64,000 nucleotides of DNA, taken from contig CAWECG010000003.1 in the NCBI GenBank assembly GCA_963807605.1, positions 480,001 through 544,000 of the forward strand, in the 5' to 3' direction. The notes under the pieces are model-generated. The model saw only the letters and a list, made by a program, of their open reading frames with translations, made no database searches and was not told the origin of the DNA. Each line of letters starts with the position of its first letter. Position 1 is the stretch's first letter. The stretch comes from Candidatus Bathyarchaeota archaeon. Lineage in GTDB: Archaea; Thermoproteota; Bathyarchaeia; 40CM-2-53-6; RBG-13-38-9. This document shows positions 10,121-19,839 of this stretch, piece by piece. The translations under genes and the position numbers were made by a program.

Positions 10121-12061
10121 TTATGTGAAACTCTCTTTCCGAGTTTCTTTGACGTAGTTTATCAGTCCACCTGCGAGCAGGATACGCCTCTCCCTTTTCG
10201 AAAAAGTGTTAAGGCACTCCATTCGCCTTCCTTCTATCTCTATCAGTATTTTTTGAGATTCATGTGTGATCTGATCTTTGACATTCTGGATTTGGATAAT
10301 GTCCCCATAGTTTATTCTACCGTAGTCTTCTGGCTCTGCAAAAATCAGAGGTACCACTCCAAAATTGATTAGGTTAGTTCTATGTATCCTAGCAAAACTC
10401 TTGGCTATTTTGCCCTTCACGCCCAAGTATCGGCATACTAGAGCTGCATGCTCTCGACTCGAACCCTGACCATAATTTTCCCCGCCAACAACGAATCCTC
10501 CTGCCGACTCCTTAGCTCTCCTTGTGAAAGTAGGGTCTACCTTTTCGAAGGTAAACTCGCTTATAGCAGGGATGTTGCTTCTGAGCGGCAGGATCTTACT
10601 TCCGGCAGGAAGTATGTCGTCTGTGCTGACATTATCTGCAAGTTTGAGCAAGACTCTTCCAGAGAGCCTGTCTTCCAGAGCTACAAGAGTAGGGAATGGT
10701 TTGATGTTGGGTCCTCTGAAAACCTCAACGGCTCTCTTGTGCTGCACAGGTGGAATTACTGACTCTTCATTTACAACATAGCGTGTAGGTTCAACTATCT
10801 CTGGATATTCTCCCAAAGTCCTTGGATCTGTTATCTTCCCGTTTATGGCAGCTGCCACCGCGACTTCAGGGCTGCATAGATAGACCTTATCATCTTTTGT
10901 CCCACTTCTACCAGGAAAGTTTCTTGGGAAAGTCCTTAGCGAGACCGTTCCAGTAGCAGGGGCCTGCCCGATTCCTATACACCCAAGACAGCCCAGTTGG
11001 TGGATACGTGCACCAGAACGAATCAGCTGGGTTAGACCGCTTGCATCACCTAAGTTCTCTATAATCTGTCGGCTTCCCGGGTTTACTTCGAAACTGATGT
11101 CTTCATGAATCTTCCTGCCTTCCATTGCCTTTGCGATGATCATCAAATCTCTGAAAGAGGAGTTTGTGCATGAGCCGACTATAACCTGTGCGACCTTGAT
11201 TCCCTCGACCTCTTTTACCCTCCGGACATTGTCAGGAGAGGAGGGGCAAGATATGAGAGGTTCTAGCTCGCTCAAATCCAATTCTGCATGTTCATCATAT
11301 TCTGTGTCAGAGTCAGCCTGGATCCTCTGCCAAGCCTCACCTCTATCTTGAGCTTCAAGGAATCTCTTGGTGTTATCATCTGAAGGGAATACGGTAGAGG
11401 TCGCGCCCAACTCTGCTCCCATATTGGCAATAGTTGCCCTCTCAGGCGTAGCCAGAGTCTCGACGCCTGGTCCATAATACTCTATGATCTTTCCGAGGCC
11501 GCCTTTGACGGAGTATCTTCTGAGCATCTCAAGTATGACGTCTTTGGCTGAAACCCAAGGTCTGAGTCGGCCTGTTAACTTCACTCCAAAGATGCTCGGT
11601 ACCTTAAGATAGAAAGGTTCACCAGCCATAGCCATCGCGACATCCAAGCCACCTGCGCCGATGGCGAGCATCCCGCATCCTCCGGAGGTTGGAGTGTGGC
11701 TGTCAGAGCCCAGAAGCGTCTTGCCGGGAACTGCGAAGCGTTCAAGATGGATATGATGTGAAATTCCATTGCCGGGTTTGGAGAAGTAGACGCCGAACTT
11801 CTTGGCGGTGGTCTGAAGGAATAAGTGGTCATCCATATTTCGGAAATCTGTCTGCAAGAGGTTGTGGTCGACATAGCTTACTGAGAGTTCCGTCTTCACA
11901 TGCGGAATGCCGAGAGCTTCAAATTCTATGAAGGCAAGGGTACCTGTTGCATCTTGGGTAAGTGTTTGATCGATTCTTACTGCTATCTCTTCCCCAGGTT
12001 CAAATCGGCCTTCGACCAAGTGGTTCTCAATTATCTTTTGAGCTACACTCTTGCCCATCAA
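10121..12061 (-). CDS. Aconitate hydratase (short ~650 aa form)
   Basis: TQDATGT, DSHT, GSCTN, CLGCIG and NYGQGSSREHAA. Confidence 0.92.
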   Translation of the reverse strand: MMGKSVAQKIIENHLVEGRFEPGEEIAVRIDQTLTQDATGTLAFIEFEALGIPHVKTELSVSYVDHNLLQTDFRNMDDHLFLQTTAKKFGVYFSKPGNGISHHIHLERFAVPGKTLLGSDSHTPTSGGCGMLAIGAGGLDVAMAMAGEPFYLKVPSIFGVKLTGRLRPWVSAKDVILEMLRRYSVKGGLGKIIEYYGPGVETLATPERATIANMGAELGATSTVFPSDDNTKRFLEAQDRGEAWQRIQADSDTEYDEHAELDLSELEPLISCPSSPDNVRRVKEVEGIKVAQVIVGSCTNSSFRDLMIIAKAMEGRKIHEDISFEVNPGSRQIIENLGDASGLTQLIRSGARIHQLGCLGCIGIGQAPATGTVSLRTFPRNFPGRSGTKDDKVYLCSPEVAVAAAINGKITDPRTLGEYPEIVEPTRYVVNEESVIPPVQHKRAVEVFRGPNIKPFPTLVALEDRLSGRVLLKLADNVSTDDILPAGSKILPLRSNIPAISEFTFEKVDPTFTRRAKESAGGFVVGGENYGQGSSREHAALVCRYLGVKGKIAKSFARIHRTNLINFGVVPLIFAEPEDYGRINYGDIIQIQNVKDQITHESQKILIEIEGRRMECLNTFSKRERRILLAGGLINYVKETRKESFT

Positions 12062-12409
12062 TAATCAAACCTTGCTTCTGTCTATGTGATATTGCGATCT
12101 TGAATTAGCTGGACGCTGAGACTTGGACCGGGCATCATGATAGGTTATTGCAGCAAGCCTTGAAGGGCCTATGTCTGCCCCAGCGGCGAAATAAAAGATT
12201 TGCTTCAAAGATGATATGCGTGGAACAGTTCATCATTATCATCATGATGATTTCCTGACCTTAAATAAGTGATATTAAGATACAGTCAAACAGCATTTCA
12301 CTATCATCAATGGATTTGGAAAGACCGACAAAATTATGGTAGGTAAGATTCCGGCTTCACAAACGGACGATTGTTTTTGAGATGTAGCTCATGACAGAAG
12401 CGTGCGCGC

Positions 12410-12673
12410 TTGCGTCTCTATAGTGGTATTGAACGTCAGTGAGTGCTTCTTGGACTCCGTGGGATCGGTGGTCATAGGTTAACAGAACCGCGCATGCTTC
12501 AAGTTTGTTTTCTCTCCTTTCCATGTATAGTCTGTGATGAAGTTGCGCATGGCAACCTGCAACCCTTTCGATCGGTCTTTGTATCCTATTGCCCTGAGCG
12601 AATCATCAAATTGCTTCATCAACTTTGGAGGCGTAGAGAAGCTAAACTTGTCCACCTTCACCAAGAACGGCAC
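12410..12673 (-). pseudogene. nikR: Second nikR, frameshifted and 3'-truncated
   Basis: RHH domain KFSFS...DRSKGLQVAMR; after a frameshift near 12490 it reads AVLLTYDHRSHGVQEALTDVQYHYRD; similarity ends at GCGCGC 12404-12409, before the HxHxxxxxC Ni site. Confidence 0.8.
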
Positions 12674-12795
12674 ACCTCCCCTCCAAGTGCAACTTTCAAC
12701 ATATCACAATTTCGTCTTTCAGCTTCTGATATGATAACCTATCCAGCGGATCAAGTGATTATCGGGCATCCGCACCATCCTAAAAGTTTATTAGA

Positions 12796-12823
12796 GTAAC
12801 ACTAATCAGCGAAATCGTAATAC
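12796..12823 (+). promoter_or_regulatory. Candidate NikR operator GTAACA-N16-TAATAC just downstream of a TATA-like box
   Basis: Fits the NikR GTAnnA-N16-TnnTAC dyad; lies between AAAAGTTTATTA (12782-12793) and the nikM start at 12836. Confidence 0.7.
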
Positions 12824-12835
12824 TGGTGACTTACC

Positions 12836-13609
12836 GTGCATATTCCGGATGGATATCTAGGGCCTTCAACGTTCATTTTCTTCTACATATTCATGATCCC
12901 GTTATGGTTCGTAGCGTCTAGGAAAGTGGAGAAAAATCTCAAGACCAAGGAAATACCTTGGCTTGCTTTTGGAGTGGCCTTCTCATTCGTGATAATGATG
13001 TTCAACTTTCCCGCGCCTGGAGGAACAACGGGGCACGCGGTTGGGGCGGCTATCCTTGCATTAACCTTGGGGCCTTGGTTCGGGTTTCTGGGTGTTACAG
13101 GTGCGCTGCTAATTCAATGCCTCTTGTTTGGAGACGGAGGAATAACCACTTTCGCTGCTAACTCGTTCAACATGGGGCTAGTCATGTCCTTTGTCAGCTA
13201 CTATGTCTACAAGTTGCTGGCTACTCGTGCTTCCGTTTTGTCGCGTCGGCGTTGGTTGGCGGCTGCGACATCCGGATATGTTGGACTAAACGCCGCGGCT
13301 CTGTGCTGTGCGATAGAATTAGGTCTTCAGCCTCTACTGTACTACACTGCGAACGGCAGCCCTCTCTACGCTCCTTTCCCGCTATCTGTAACGATTCCCG
13401 CCATGTTGATTTCTCACATGTTTATTTTCGGGTTTGTCGACGCGGCTGCAACTGGTTTCTTGGTTTCCTACATAATTCGTTCCGACCCATCAATGTTAGC
13501 ACCTTCAATGGCGCAAAGCATTCCGGGCAGCCCGGTGGTGAATGAGCAGTCTCCAGCGCCAAAGCGTCAATTTTCAGAAGACTGTGGATGCTCCTCGCCG
13601 TTTTGGTAG
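12836..13609 (+). CDS. nikM: ECF Ni/Co transporter substrate-binding component NikM/CbiM (probably the N-part of a fused NikMN split by a frameshift)
   Basis: N-terminal MHIPDGYL; GTTGHAVG; LFGDGGIT. Confidence 0.88.
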   Translation: MHIPDGYLGPSTFIFFYIFMIPLWFVASRKVEKNLKTKEIPWLAFGVAFSFVIMMFNFPAPGGTTGHAVGAAILALTLGPWFGFLGVTGALLIQCLLFGDGGITTFAANSFNMGLVMSFVSYYVYKLLATRASVLSRRRWLAAATSGYVGLNAAALCCAIELGLQPLLYYTANGSPLYAPFPLSVTIPAMLISHMFIFGFVDAAATGFLVSYIIRSDPSMLAPSMAQSIPGSPVVNEQSPAPKRQFSEDCGCSSPFW

Positions 13610-13908
13610 TACTGGTTCCCGTGGGTCTGTTGGCTCCGGGATCGGCGTTTGCCGAATGGAGTGCTTCCGAGCTGGAAACACTATTTGGGATCACGCCTCC
13701 TGCAGGGCTCACCAGCTTGGAAGGATTATACAATGCTCCTTTGAGTGGCTACAGCGTGCCTGGAGCAACGACCTTCACCCAACTTAGCCTGGCGTATATC
13801 CTCGCAGCCGCCATTGGGGTATCTATTTTCGGTTTGTGTCTTTTCGCGTTCTACCGAGTTAAATCAAGAGCTATCGTCTCAGATGCTGTACCTCCAGAAG
13901 AGGCGTGA
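13588..13908 (+). CDS. nikN: NikN/PDGLE-like membrane component
   Basis: Two TM segments; LLAPGSAFAEW and APLSGYSVPG; in-frame upstream RRLW suggests fusion to NikM. Confidence 0.7.
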   Translation: MLLAVLVVLVPVGLLAPGSAFAEWSASELETLFGITPPAGLTSLEGLYNAPLSGYSVPGATTFTQLSLAYILAAAIGVSIFGLCLFAFYRVKSRAIVSDAVPPEEA

Positions 13909-13914
13909 TTTCAG

Positions 13915-14859
13915 ATGCTTCCTGAATGGCTCAGTCAGAGACCAACCGTCGGCGCTTGTCCCTGCTGCACCGTAGGAGGGCCTAGCAAGAAGAGCATTGT
14001 GGATAGAACCATAGGAGCCTTCTCAGGTTTCTTCGATGAATCCAGCTTCGCTGAAGGCTATGCATGCAAGGGAGGGCTACTGCAATTCGTTGACCCGCGT
14101 TTCAAGCTGGTCGGGATGCTTTGGCTTGTCGTTTGTGTTATCCTTGTGAGTCGCGTGGAATGGGTTCTTGTTATTCTTGGGGTTGCTATTCTTCTTGCTG
14201 TTGCCTCGAAAGTGAGGCTGGGTTACTACCTGAAGAGAGTTTGGCTCTTCATCCCGCTATTCACATTGGTCATTGCTGTGCCGGCTATGTTCAACTTCAT
14301 CGTTCCCGGGCAACCTCTTTTCGTACTGCTAAGTAAGGGTCAGCCCCTTGGTCCTCTTGTTTTTCCGTGGACGATTTCAATCACGGTTCCTGGCCTTCAA
14401 GGGGCCGTCCTCTTTGTCTTGAGGACAGGAGCTGCCGTTTCCTTTGTGATCCTACTCGCTTTGACCACCCGCTGGACTGACCTGCTAGCATCTCTTCAAA
14501 GTCTGAGGGTTCCAAAGGCCTTCGTGATGATACTCGGCATGACTTACAGGTATGTGTTCGTCCTAGTGGGCATTGCACAAGACATGTCCTTTGCCCTAAA
14601 GAGCAGAACACTGAACCCCGAACGTAGTGCGAATGTGAGAGAGTGGTTGGGTGCAACGATTGGAGTGCTTTTCCGTCGGTCAATGAATATGAGTGAGCTT
14701 GTTAATTTGTCAATGATTTCACGTGGTTATGATGGGAGAGCCAGAAAGGTTACTGAATTCCGCGCTGAACCGTTTGACTGGGCTTTCTTGGGATTTCTCC
14801 TTGGACTAGGCGTATTACTACTAATGCTTCGCAATATCGCCGTGTTGAATGGGATTTGA
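13915..14859 (+). CDS. cbiQ: ECF Ni/Co transporter transmembrane component CbiQ/NikQ
   Basis: DPRFKL, LRVP...MTYRY, ALKSR and MISRGY. Confidence 0.9.
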   Translation: MLPEWLSQRPTVGACPCCTVGGPSKKSIVDRTIGAFSGFFDESSFAEGYACKGGLLQFVDPRFKLVGMLWLVVCVILVSRVEWVLVILGVAILLAVASKVRLGYYLKRVWLFIPLFTLVIAVPAMFNFIVPGQPLFVLLSKGQPLGPLVFPWTISITVPGLQGAVLFVLRTGAAVSFVILLALTTRWTDLLASLQSLRVPKAFVMILGMTYRYVFVLVGIAQDMSFALKSRTLNPERSANVREWLGATIGVLFRRSMNMSELVNLSMISRGYDGRARKVTEFRAEPFDWAFLGFLLGLGVLLLMLRNIAVLNGI

Positions 14860-14860
14860 A

Positions 14861-15677
14861 ATGACTCAAAGATAGTGGGCTCGTCTTCGAGCTACAGAAT
14901 GTGGGCTATTCATACTCTGGCAATCATTCCGCCCTGAGTGACGTATCGATGAACGTTAAAGCTGGGGAGTCAATCGCCATTCTCGGAGCGAATGGCTCAG
15001 GGAAATCGACGCTCCTCAAAATATTATGCGGTCTAATCTTCCCCTCGTCAGGAACCGTCAAAGCGTTTGGGTCTACATTAAGTGAAGCGGGAATGGAGTT
15101 GAACAGAAGTGAATTCGCCCGCTACTTCAGACGAAGGGTGGGAATGGTGTTTCAAGATGCTGATTCTCAGCTATTCTCGCCCGTGGTCTGGGAAGAAGTG
15201 TCATTCGCTCCTCTGCAACTTGGCCTGTCTCAACAGAACGTGGAGAAACGGGTGAATGAAGCGCTTTCTCTCTTGAGAATTCAGCATCTCAGAAATCGTA
15301 GCCCACAGAGCTTGAGTGAGGGCGAAAAGCGGAAAGTGTCTTTAGCGTCCGTTCTTTCATTGGGTCCCGACATTCTCCTGCTCGATGAGCCCAGCTCAGA
15401 TCTCGACCCCCGCACTAAAGTCTGGCTAGAAGGATTTCTCAATGAATTGCATGATAGCGGCAAGACAGTCATTATGGCTACTCACGATCTTGAACTTGCA
15501 GCCGACACGTCAAACCGCTGTATCATCCTTGACGAGCAACACAGCATTGCAGGCGAGGGACCAACAGAAGAAATGCTAGGGAACTGGGATCTTCTGTTGA
15601 ATGCTAACCTAGTGCACGTTCATGCGCACAAACACGGACAAGTTCTTCACATCCATCCGCATGCCCACTCGGAATGA
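14861..15677 (+). CDS. cbiO: ECF Ni/Co transporter ATPase CbiO/NikO with His-rich tail; apparent +1 frameshift just after ATG 14861
   Basis: GANGSGKST, LSEGEK and LLLDEP; C-terminal HVHAHKHGQVLHIHPHAH; FELQNVGYSY lies in frame upstream of the GTG at 14901. Confidence 0.88.
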
Positions 15678-15883
15678 AATTCAGGCCATTTCGATTCCCA
15701 AGCCGAATCTCGTTCGATCCCGTTTGCCATTCACTATTTCAAGAAAACTCAGTCCAAACCATGAAAGGTCTGCAAGTCGTAGACTAACGATTGCTTTGTC
15801 GGGTAATCAGCGAAATCATGCAGAAAGCCAACGGAGGGCTCTAGCCTGACAATATTGATTGGTAGCGCGGACTAGCTGGCAGG

Positions 15884-16192
15884 CTACCGATTTTTTAGTG
15901 CCGCAGCTCTAAGGATTCCCTTCTCAGTCAGCCTGTACAGGAATTTGTGGCCTACCCTCCTTCTTTCCAGAAGCCCCTGTCGATAATATCGGACAAACCT
16001 CATGGCGATAGTCTTCCTGCCAGGCACTTTGCCCTCCCTAAACATTAAAACGTGCTTAACATCAAATAACCTGTGATCGAGTTCCCCAGTCCTATGGGAA
16101 AGATAGCCCTCAACTGAAAACCAACTATCAGGAGCCAAACCCAACGTATGAGCCTTGACAGCCGGTCTTACAAGACGTTTAAGGGAATGCAA
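15884..16192 (-). CDS. Hypothetical protein with C-terminal winged-helix-like motif
   Basis: YYRQGLLERRR...YRLTEKG resembles a wHTH wing. Confidence 0.5.
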   Translation of the reverse strand: MHSLKRLVRPAVKAHTLGLAPDSWFSVEGYLSHRTGELDHRLFDVKHVLMFREGKVPGRKTIAMRFVRYYRQGLLERRRVGHKFLYRLTEKGILRAAALKNR

Positions 16193-16216
16193 TACTAGAG
16201 ACCACGTGAAGAACCC

Positions 16217-16242
16217 AAGGTAACATCTTGAGATGTTACCTT
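16217..16242. promoter_or_regulatory. Perfect 12-2-12 inverted repeat (candidate operator)
   Basis: AAGGTAACATCT-TG-AGATGTTACCTT, 25 bp upstream of the wHTH-like ORF. Confidence 0.55.
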
Positions 16243-16407
16243 TACCTTTCTAAACTTTACAATACGTTTCTTACTCAATTAAGTATGATAAAATACTCAA
16301 ACCCATAGATCGTAGGGCGCGGCTGGGCACCCAGACAGAAGATTCTTACCCTTAGAAACCACGCGTAACCGCTCTCATTCTGGCTAGTCTTAGCAAACGA
16401 GCTCTAG

Positions 16408-16431
16408 CTCATCAGCTAAGGCGCACACACA
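16408..16431 (+). repeat. 24-bp direct repeat, left copy
   Basis: CTCATCAGCTAAGGCGCACACACA; 22/24 identical to 17362-17385. Confidence 0.75.
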
Positions 16432-16457
16432 AAATCACATTCAACTTTCGTTGTTTC

Positions 16458-17210
16458 TCATTTCTCTCCAGCGATAATACCTATCGTTCCCACCATAAAT
16501 GGCAATTTTAGCGCCAGAGGAATAAAGGCAGCTTCTCGTGTTTCTATAAATTGCGCGTTTCTTATCCCCCAACTTCGGATAGTCTCAATCAAATCAGCTG
16601 TATTGCCATATATCTGCCTCCGCAAGAACAAGTCCTGAAAGACAAATATTCCCCCCTTCTTAACCACACGCAATGCTTCCCGGATAACTTCTCGCTTATC
16701 TTTGGTGTCCCTCACTTCATGAAACACGAGATTGCTTACAACCGCATCAAAATACCCATCCTCAAATGGTAACGCCGAAGCGCTGGCTTTCTGGAAGGTT
16801 ACACGCTCATCTACTCCTTCAATCTTCGCATTGCTTTCACATGTGTTTTTTGAGTATCCCCACCGTCTTCCCCAAGAGTCAATTCCCACAACCCGGCCTC
16901 TCGCATACTTTTGAGCAAGCTTGATCGTAAGGGCACCATTTCCACATCCTATATCCAATGCGCGCCCTTCTCCATTCCAATCCAAATGTGCCAAAACCAA
17001 TTCAACGATATGGTCTTGGATATTCCCCCCTTGGGCAGAAAACTTGTATCGCGCATACGCACAATAGAGGGAAACTAGGAAGAACAAACCAGCAGGAATT
17101 ACGAAGACTGGAAACAAAAGGGCAACCCCCAAAAACACGAGACCTGCAGCACCAGGAATATAGACTAGTCTCTTTGAGAGCCAGTTCCCGTATTCTGGCT
17201 TTCCTGCCAT
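16458..17210 (-). CDS. Class I SAM-dependent methyltransferase with N-terminal membrane anchor
   Basis: ALDIGCGNG, LPFEDGYFDAVVSNLVFHEV and RVVKKGG. Confidence 0.9.
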   Translation of the reverse strand: MAGKPEYGNWLSKRLVYIPGAAGLVFLGVALLFPVFVIPAGLFFLVSLYCAYARYKFSAQGGNIQDHIVELVLAHLDWNGEGRALDIGCGNGALTIKLAQKYARGRVVGIDSWGRRWGYSKNTCESNAKIEGVDERVTFQKASASALPFEDGYFDAVVSNLVFHEVRDTKDKREVIREALRVVKKGGIFVFQDLFLRRQIYGNTADLIETIRSWGIRNAQFIETREAAFIPLALKLPFMVGTIGIIAGEK

Positions 17211-17361
17211 TTGTACATCCCTTTCTTTTCCCTTCTCGACACTCTACTATGCGCCAACCTGTGCATATATGAAGTTAAACAATGCGAGCGGCGTAGCGAA
17301 CAGCATAGATGCGTATGTTCACCAAAAGATACACAAAAATCACGATTCAAATCATGATGCT

Positions 17362-17385
17362 CTCACCAGCTAAGGCACACACACA
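17362..17385 (+). repeat. 24-bp direct repeat, right copy
   Basis: CTCACCAGCTAAGGCACACACACA. Confidence 0.75.
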
Positions 17386-17627
17386 GTACTTAAACGACGA
17401 TCAACGACCCAGTGAGGCTTAAGAGAGTCTTGAAATATCATTTCTACTGAGTTGAATTGAAGGCATAGCCTCTGATAACGGAGGGTTAGTCCATTTATCC
17501 TCAGAGTTACCCATATGCGTCACAGTTTGGTCCCCCACCTGCATATCCACCCCTGCCGCTACCTTTCCAAAGAGGTCCAACAATCTCCGCTCCGACCGCT
17601 TCCAAAGTTGCAGGCATATTACTGATA

Positions 17628-18278
17628 TTGAGTGGTGCTCTCACACTCATTCTCGTGTCTTTTGACAAGATACTCTGGTTATCCTCGACTTTCAACGCTG
17701 TTGCGCTCTTAGTTTTCGCTATTATAGATCTGCTTCTGGGCGTTATCCTCTTCATTCGGCCTTACACGTACATCTTCATCCTTGTAACGGTCTGGAGTAT
17801 TGTGCGAATCGCAATATGGTTCGGCGTCATTGTACAAGGTCCAAATTATGGGCTGACGTACGCTCAGTTCGCCGACTACCTTTTCAACCCTATCGCCGTT
17901 AACCCGCCGAACCCTCCAGGCGTACCCGGTATTCTGACTGACCCAATCATAGTCTTAGAGATACTAGTTATCATCTTTGCACTGCTGGGTTACCATGCAT
18001 ATTCACACCTGACGCCTTTCCTCGGCTACATTCCGCTTCCCAGTTTTGCCGGTTATCCACCAGTTATAGGACCTGCACCGTTCCCGAGGTTTCCACCAAG
18101 ATTCGCGCCAAGCGCACCACTAGCTTTTGGACGGTCGCCTTATTATGGAGCACAACGATGGGGCGTTCCACATGCGTACGAGACTTGCAGGTATTGTGGG
18201 CAACAATTGATAGCCAGTGCTGACCGACACATGGATTATTGTCCCTACTGTAACAGGCATCAATGGCATCATGTCTAG
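17628..18278 (+). CDS. Membrane protein with Pro-rich segments and C-terminal Zn ribbon (frame open from 17490; true start unclear)
   Basis: About 4 hydrophobic segments; CRYCG...YCPYC at the C-terminus. Confidence 0.7.
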   Translation: MSGALTLILVSFDKILWLSSTFNAVALLVFAIIDLLLGVILFIRPYTYIFILVTVWSIVRIAIWFGVIVQGPNYGLTYAQFADYLFNPIAVNPPNPPGVPGILTDPIIVLEILVIIFALLGYHAYSHLTPFLGYIPLPSFAGYPPVIGPAPFPRFPPRFAPSAPLAFGRSPYYGAQRWGVPHAYETCRYCGQQLIASADRHMDYCPYCNRHQWHHV

Positions 18279-18436
18279 AACAATAAAGCGCGCGCTTAAC
18301 CCAATTTCATCCTAGAAATGTCCATGTGGATGTTCACGTCGGAAAAGCAGCATCCACGTGACCACACCAAACAGCCAGATGTATGTATCCCCTGTCCCCT
18401 GCTGAGCGACGACGACGGTGTGCATATGATGATGCA

Positions 18437-19588
18437 CTATGGTTCGCCGACTATCTTGAAAGTTACGGGATATCTTGCCACATCGTTCCTTATGACCTTA
18501 GCCTTGTGTTTGAAAACAAGACCTTGAGTGTCACGCGAGAACATTTGACTTGTAATAACGACCGCTGATATTGTGGAGTTCTTGCTCAGTACCCGTTTGA
18601 CCATAGTGTCAAGCCTCCTGAAGTCTTCATCCATCATTTGGCGATCTATGCTGTTCAGATCCACGTAGATCATACCGGGCTTATTTCCGCTCAACTGCTT
18701 CTTTGCCTTAGTTATGGACTCGATGACGCTCTTTATGCGATCGGGCATAATTGCACACTTGAAACCAAAAATCCTCGGATTTCTAATTACAGGTTGATCC
18801 TCTTTCTTTTCCATAGCGAAAACAAAAAAGTCCAGTTCTTCTGTCGACGCAAATTCCATCGAGTGAGATGTGATTGGGAGGTCATACTGCGAAAGTATCT
18901 TCACGGTTATTTCGATACCTTTCTCAGGAAACGCGAAGCGTCCTTGTTGTTTGCTCTTCATGAAACGTCTGAGCTCATGAAGAATGAATTCAACATTCTC
19001 TTGCGTTGGATCACGTTGGGTCTTGACAACGAAGCCATAATTACACTTTAAATGATTCATGATAGCGGAGGCCTTCTGCATGATAAGCTTCCAGTACCCG
19101 TGGTTCCGCCTATCTCTTTGTGACAGTTTATCTTTTTGCTTGCATTCAACTTCTACCTGTTCGTCAATTTCCATTTCTGCCGTTTTGATCTTTTCGTCAG
19201 GTTTCTCCTTCAAGAATGCGACCTTATAATTCGCTCTTGCGTATGCCGATGCAACTTGCAGTTCATACACAGTCTTCTCAAATAGCTCTGATGAAACCGT
19301 GAGATTGCGTATTTTGCAGTCTAGTCGTTTTACGCTATTCTGACGAAGTATCGACAAACTCTCGCCGAGATGAGCCAATCGCATCATTTCTTCTGTCACA
19401 TTCTCATTCGCGCCAGAGACTTCTAGCTGCTTATCCACTTGATGAATAAGGACTGCGAGTGGGTGATACCGATCTGTATAGTCGACGAAGGTCAGCCTTG
19501 TCTTGTCTTTTGGCGGAGCGTAAGACTTGATTTTCTGAAGCTCACTACTCAACCAATCACGGTCAATTACGCCTTTCACTTCGGACAC
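18437..19588 (-). CDS. Hypothetical protein, possible PD-(D/E)XK-like fold
   Basis: 383-aa ORF; YELQVA...KTAEMEI...VEVECK pattern. Confidence 0.7.
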   Translation of the reverse strand: MSEVKGVIDRDWLSSELQKIKSYAPPKDKTRLTFVDYTDRYHPLAVLIHQVDKQLEVSGANENVTEEMMRLAHLGESLSILRQNSVKRLDCKIRNLTVSSELFEKTVYELQVASAYARANYKVAFLKEKPDEKIKTAEMEIDEQVEVECKQKDKLSQRDRRNHGYWKLIMQKASAIMNHLKCNYGFVVKTQRDPTQENVEFILHELRRFMKSKQQGRFAFPEKGIEITVKILSQYDLPITSHSMEFASTEELDFFVFAMEKKEDQPVIRNPRIFGFKCAIMPDRIKSVIESITKAKKQLSGNKPGMIYVDLNSIDRQMMDEDFRRLDTMVKRVLSKNSTISAVVITSQMFSRDTQGLVFKHKAKVIRNDVARYPVTFKIVGEP

Positions 19589-19634
19589 ATGAGTGCATCT
19601 TCAAATGAAATGTCCCTCACATACCTGCAACTCC

Positions 19635-19819
19635 CTATGGTGAACGTTCGAGTCTGGCGAGGACTTTGGAGTACATTCGGAAAGGTGTTCTGCCGGCCGC
19701 ATTCTTGCGAAGGTGATGCAGTGTACTCTTAGCGATTCCTGGTTTAGAGGCTTGCTTTTGAGTCAACTCTAGGATTCGTTTACGAAGCTCCACACTATAG
19801 CTTTCTACCAGGTTGGGAG
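19635..19819 (-). pseudogene. cas1: C-terminal remnant of an archaeal solo-Cas1 (casposase-like) gene
   Basis: PNL..SVELRKRILELTQKQASKPGIAKSTLHHLRKNAAGRTPFRMYSKVLARL resembles the HTH tail of non-CRISPR archaeal Cas1 (LR.kIL...G..K.TLHY...NA....PF); cut at the (GC)5 tract. Confidence 0.6.
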
Positions 19820-19839
19820 GCGCGCGCGCTTTTATATTT

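Noticed and set aside
18294-18470. Integron attC site (GCTTAAC after a stop codon plus a nearby hairpin)
   Set aside because: No complementary GTTRRRY R' box at a suitable distance and no integrase in the window
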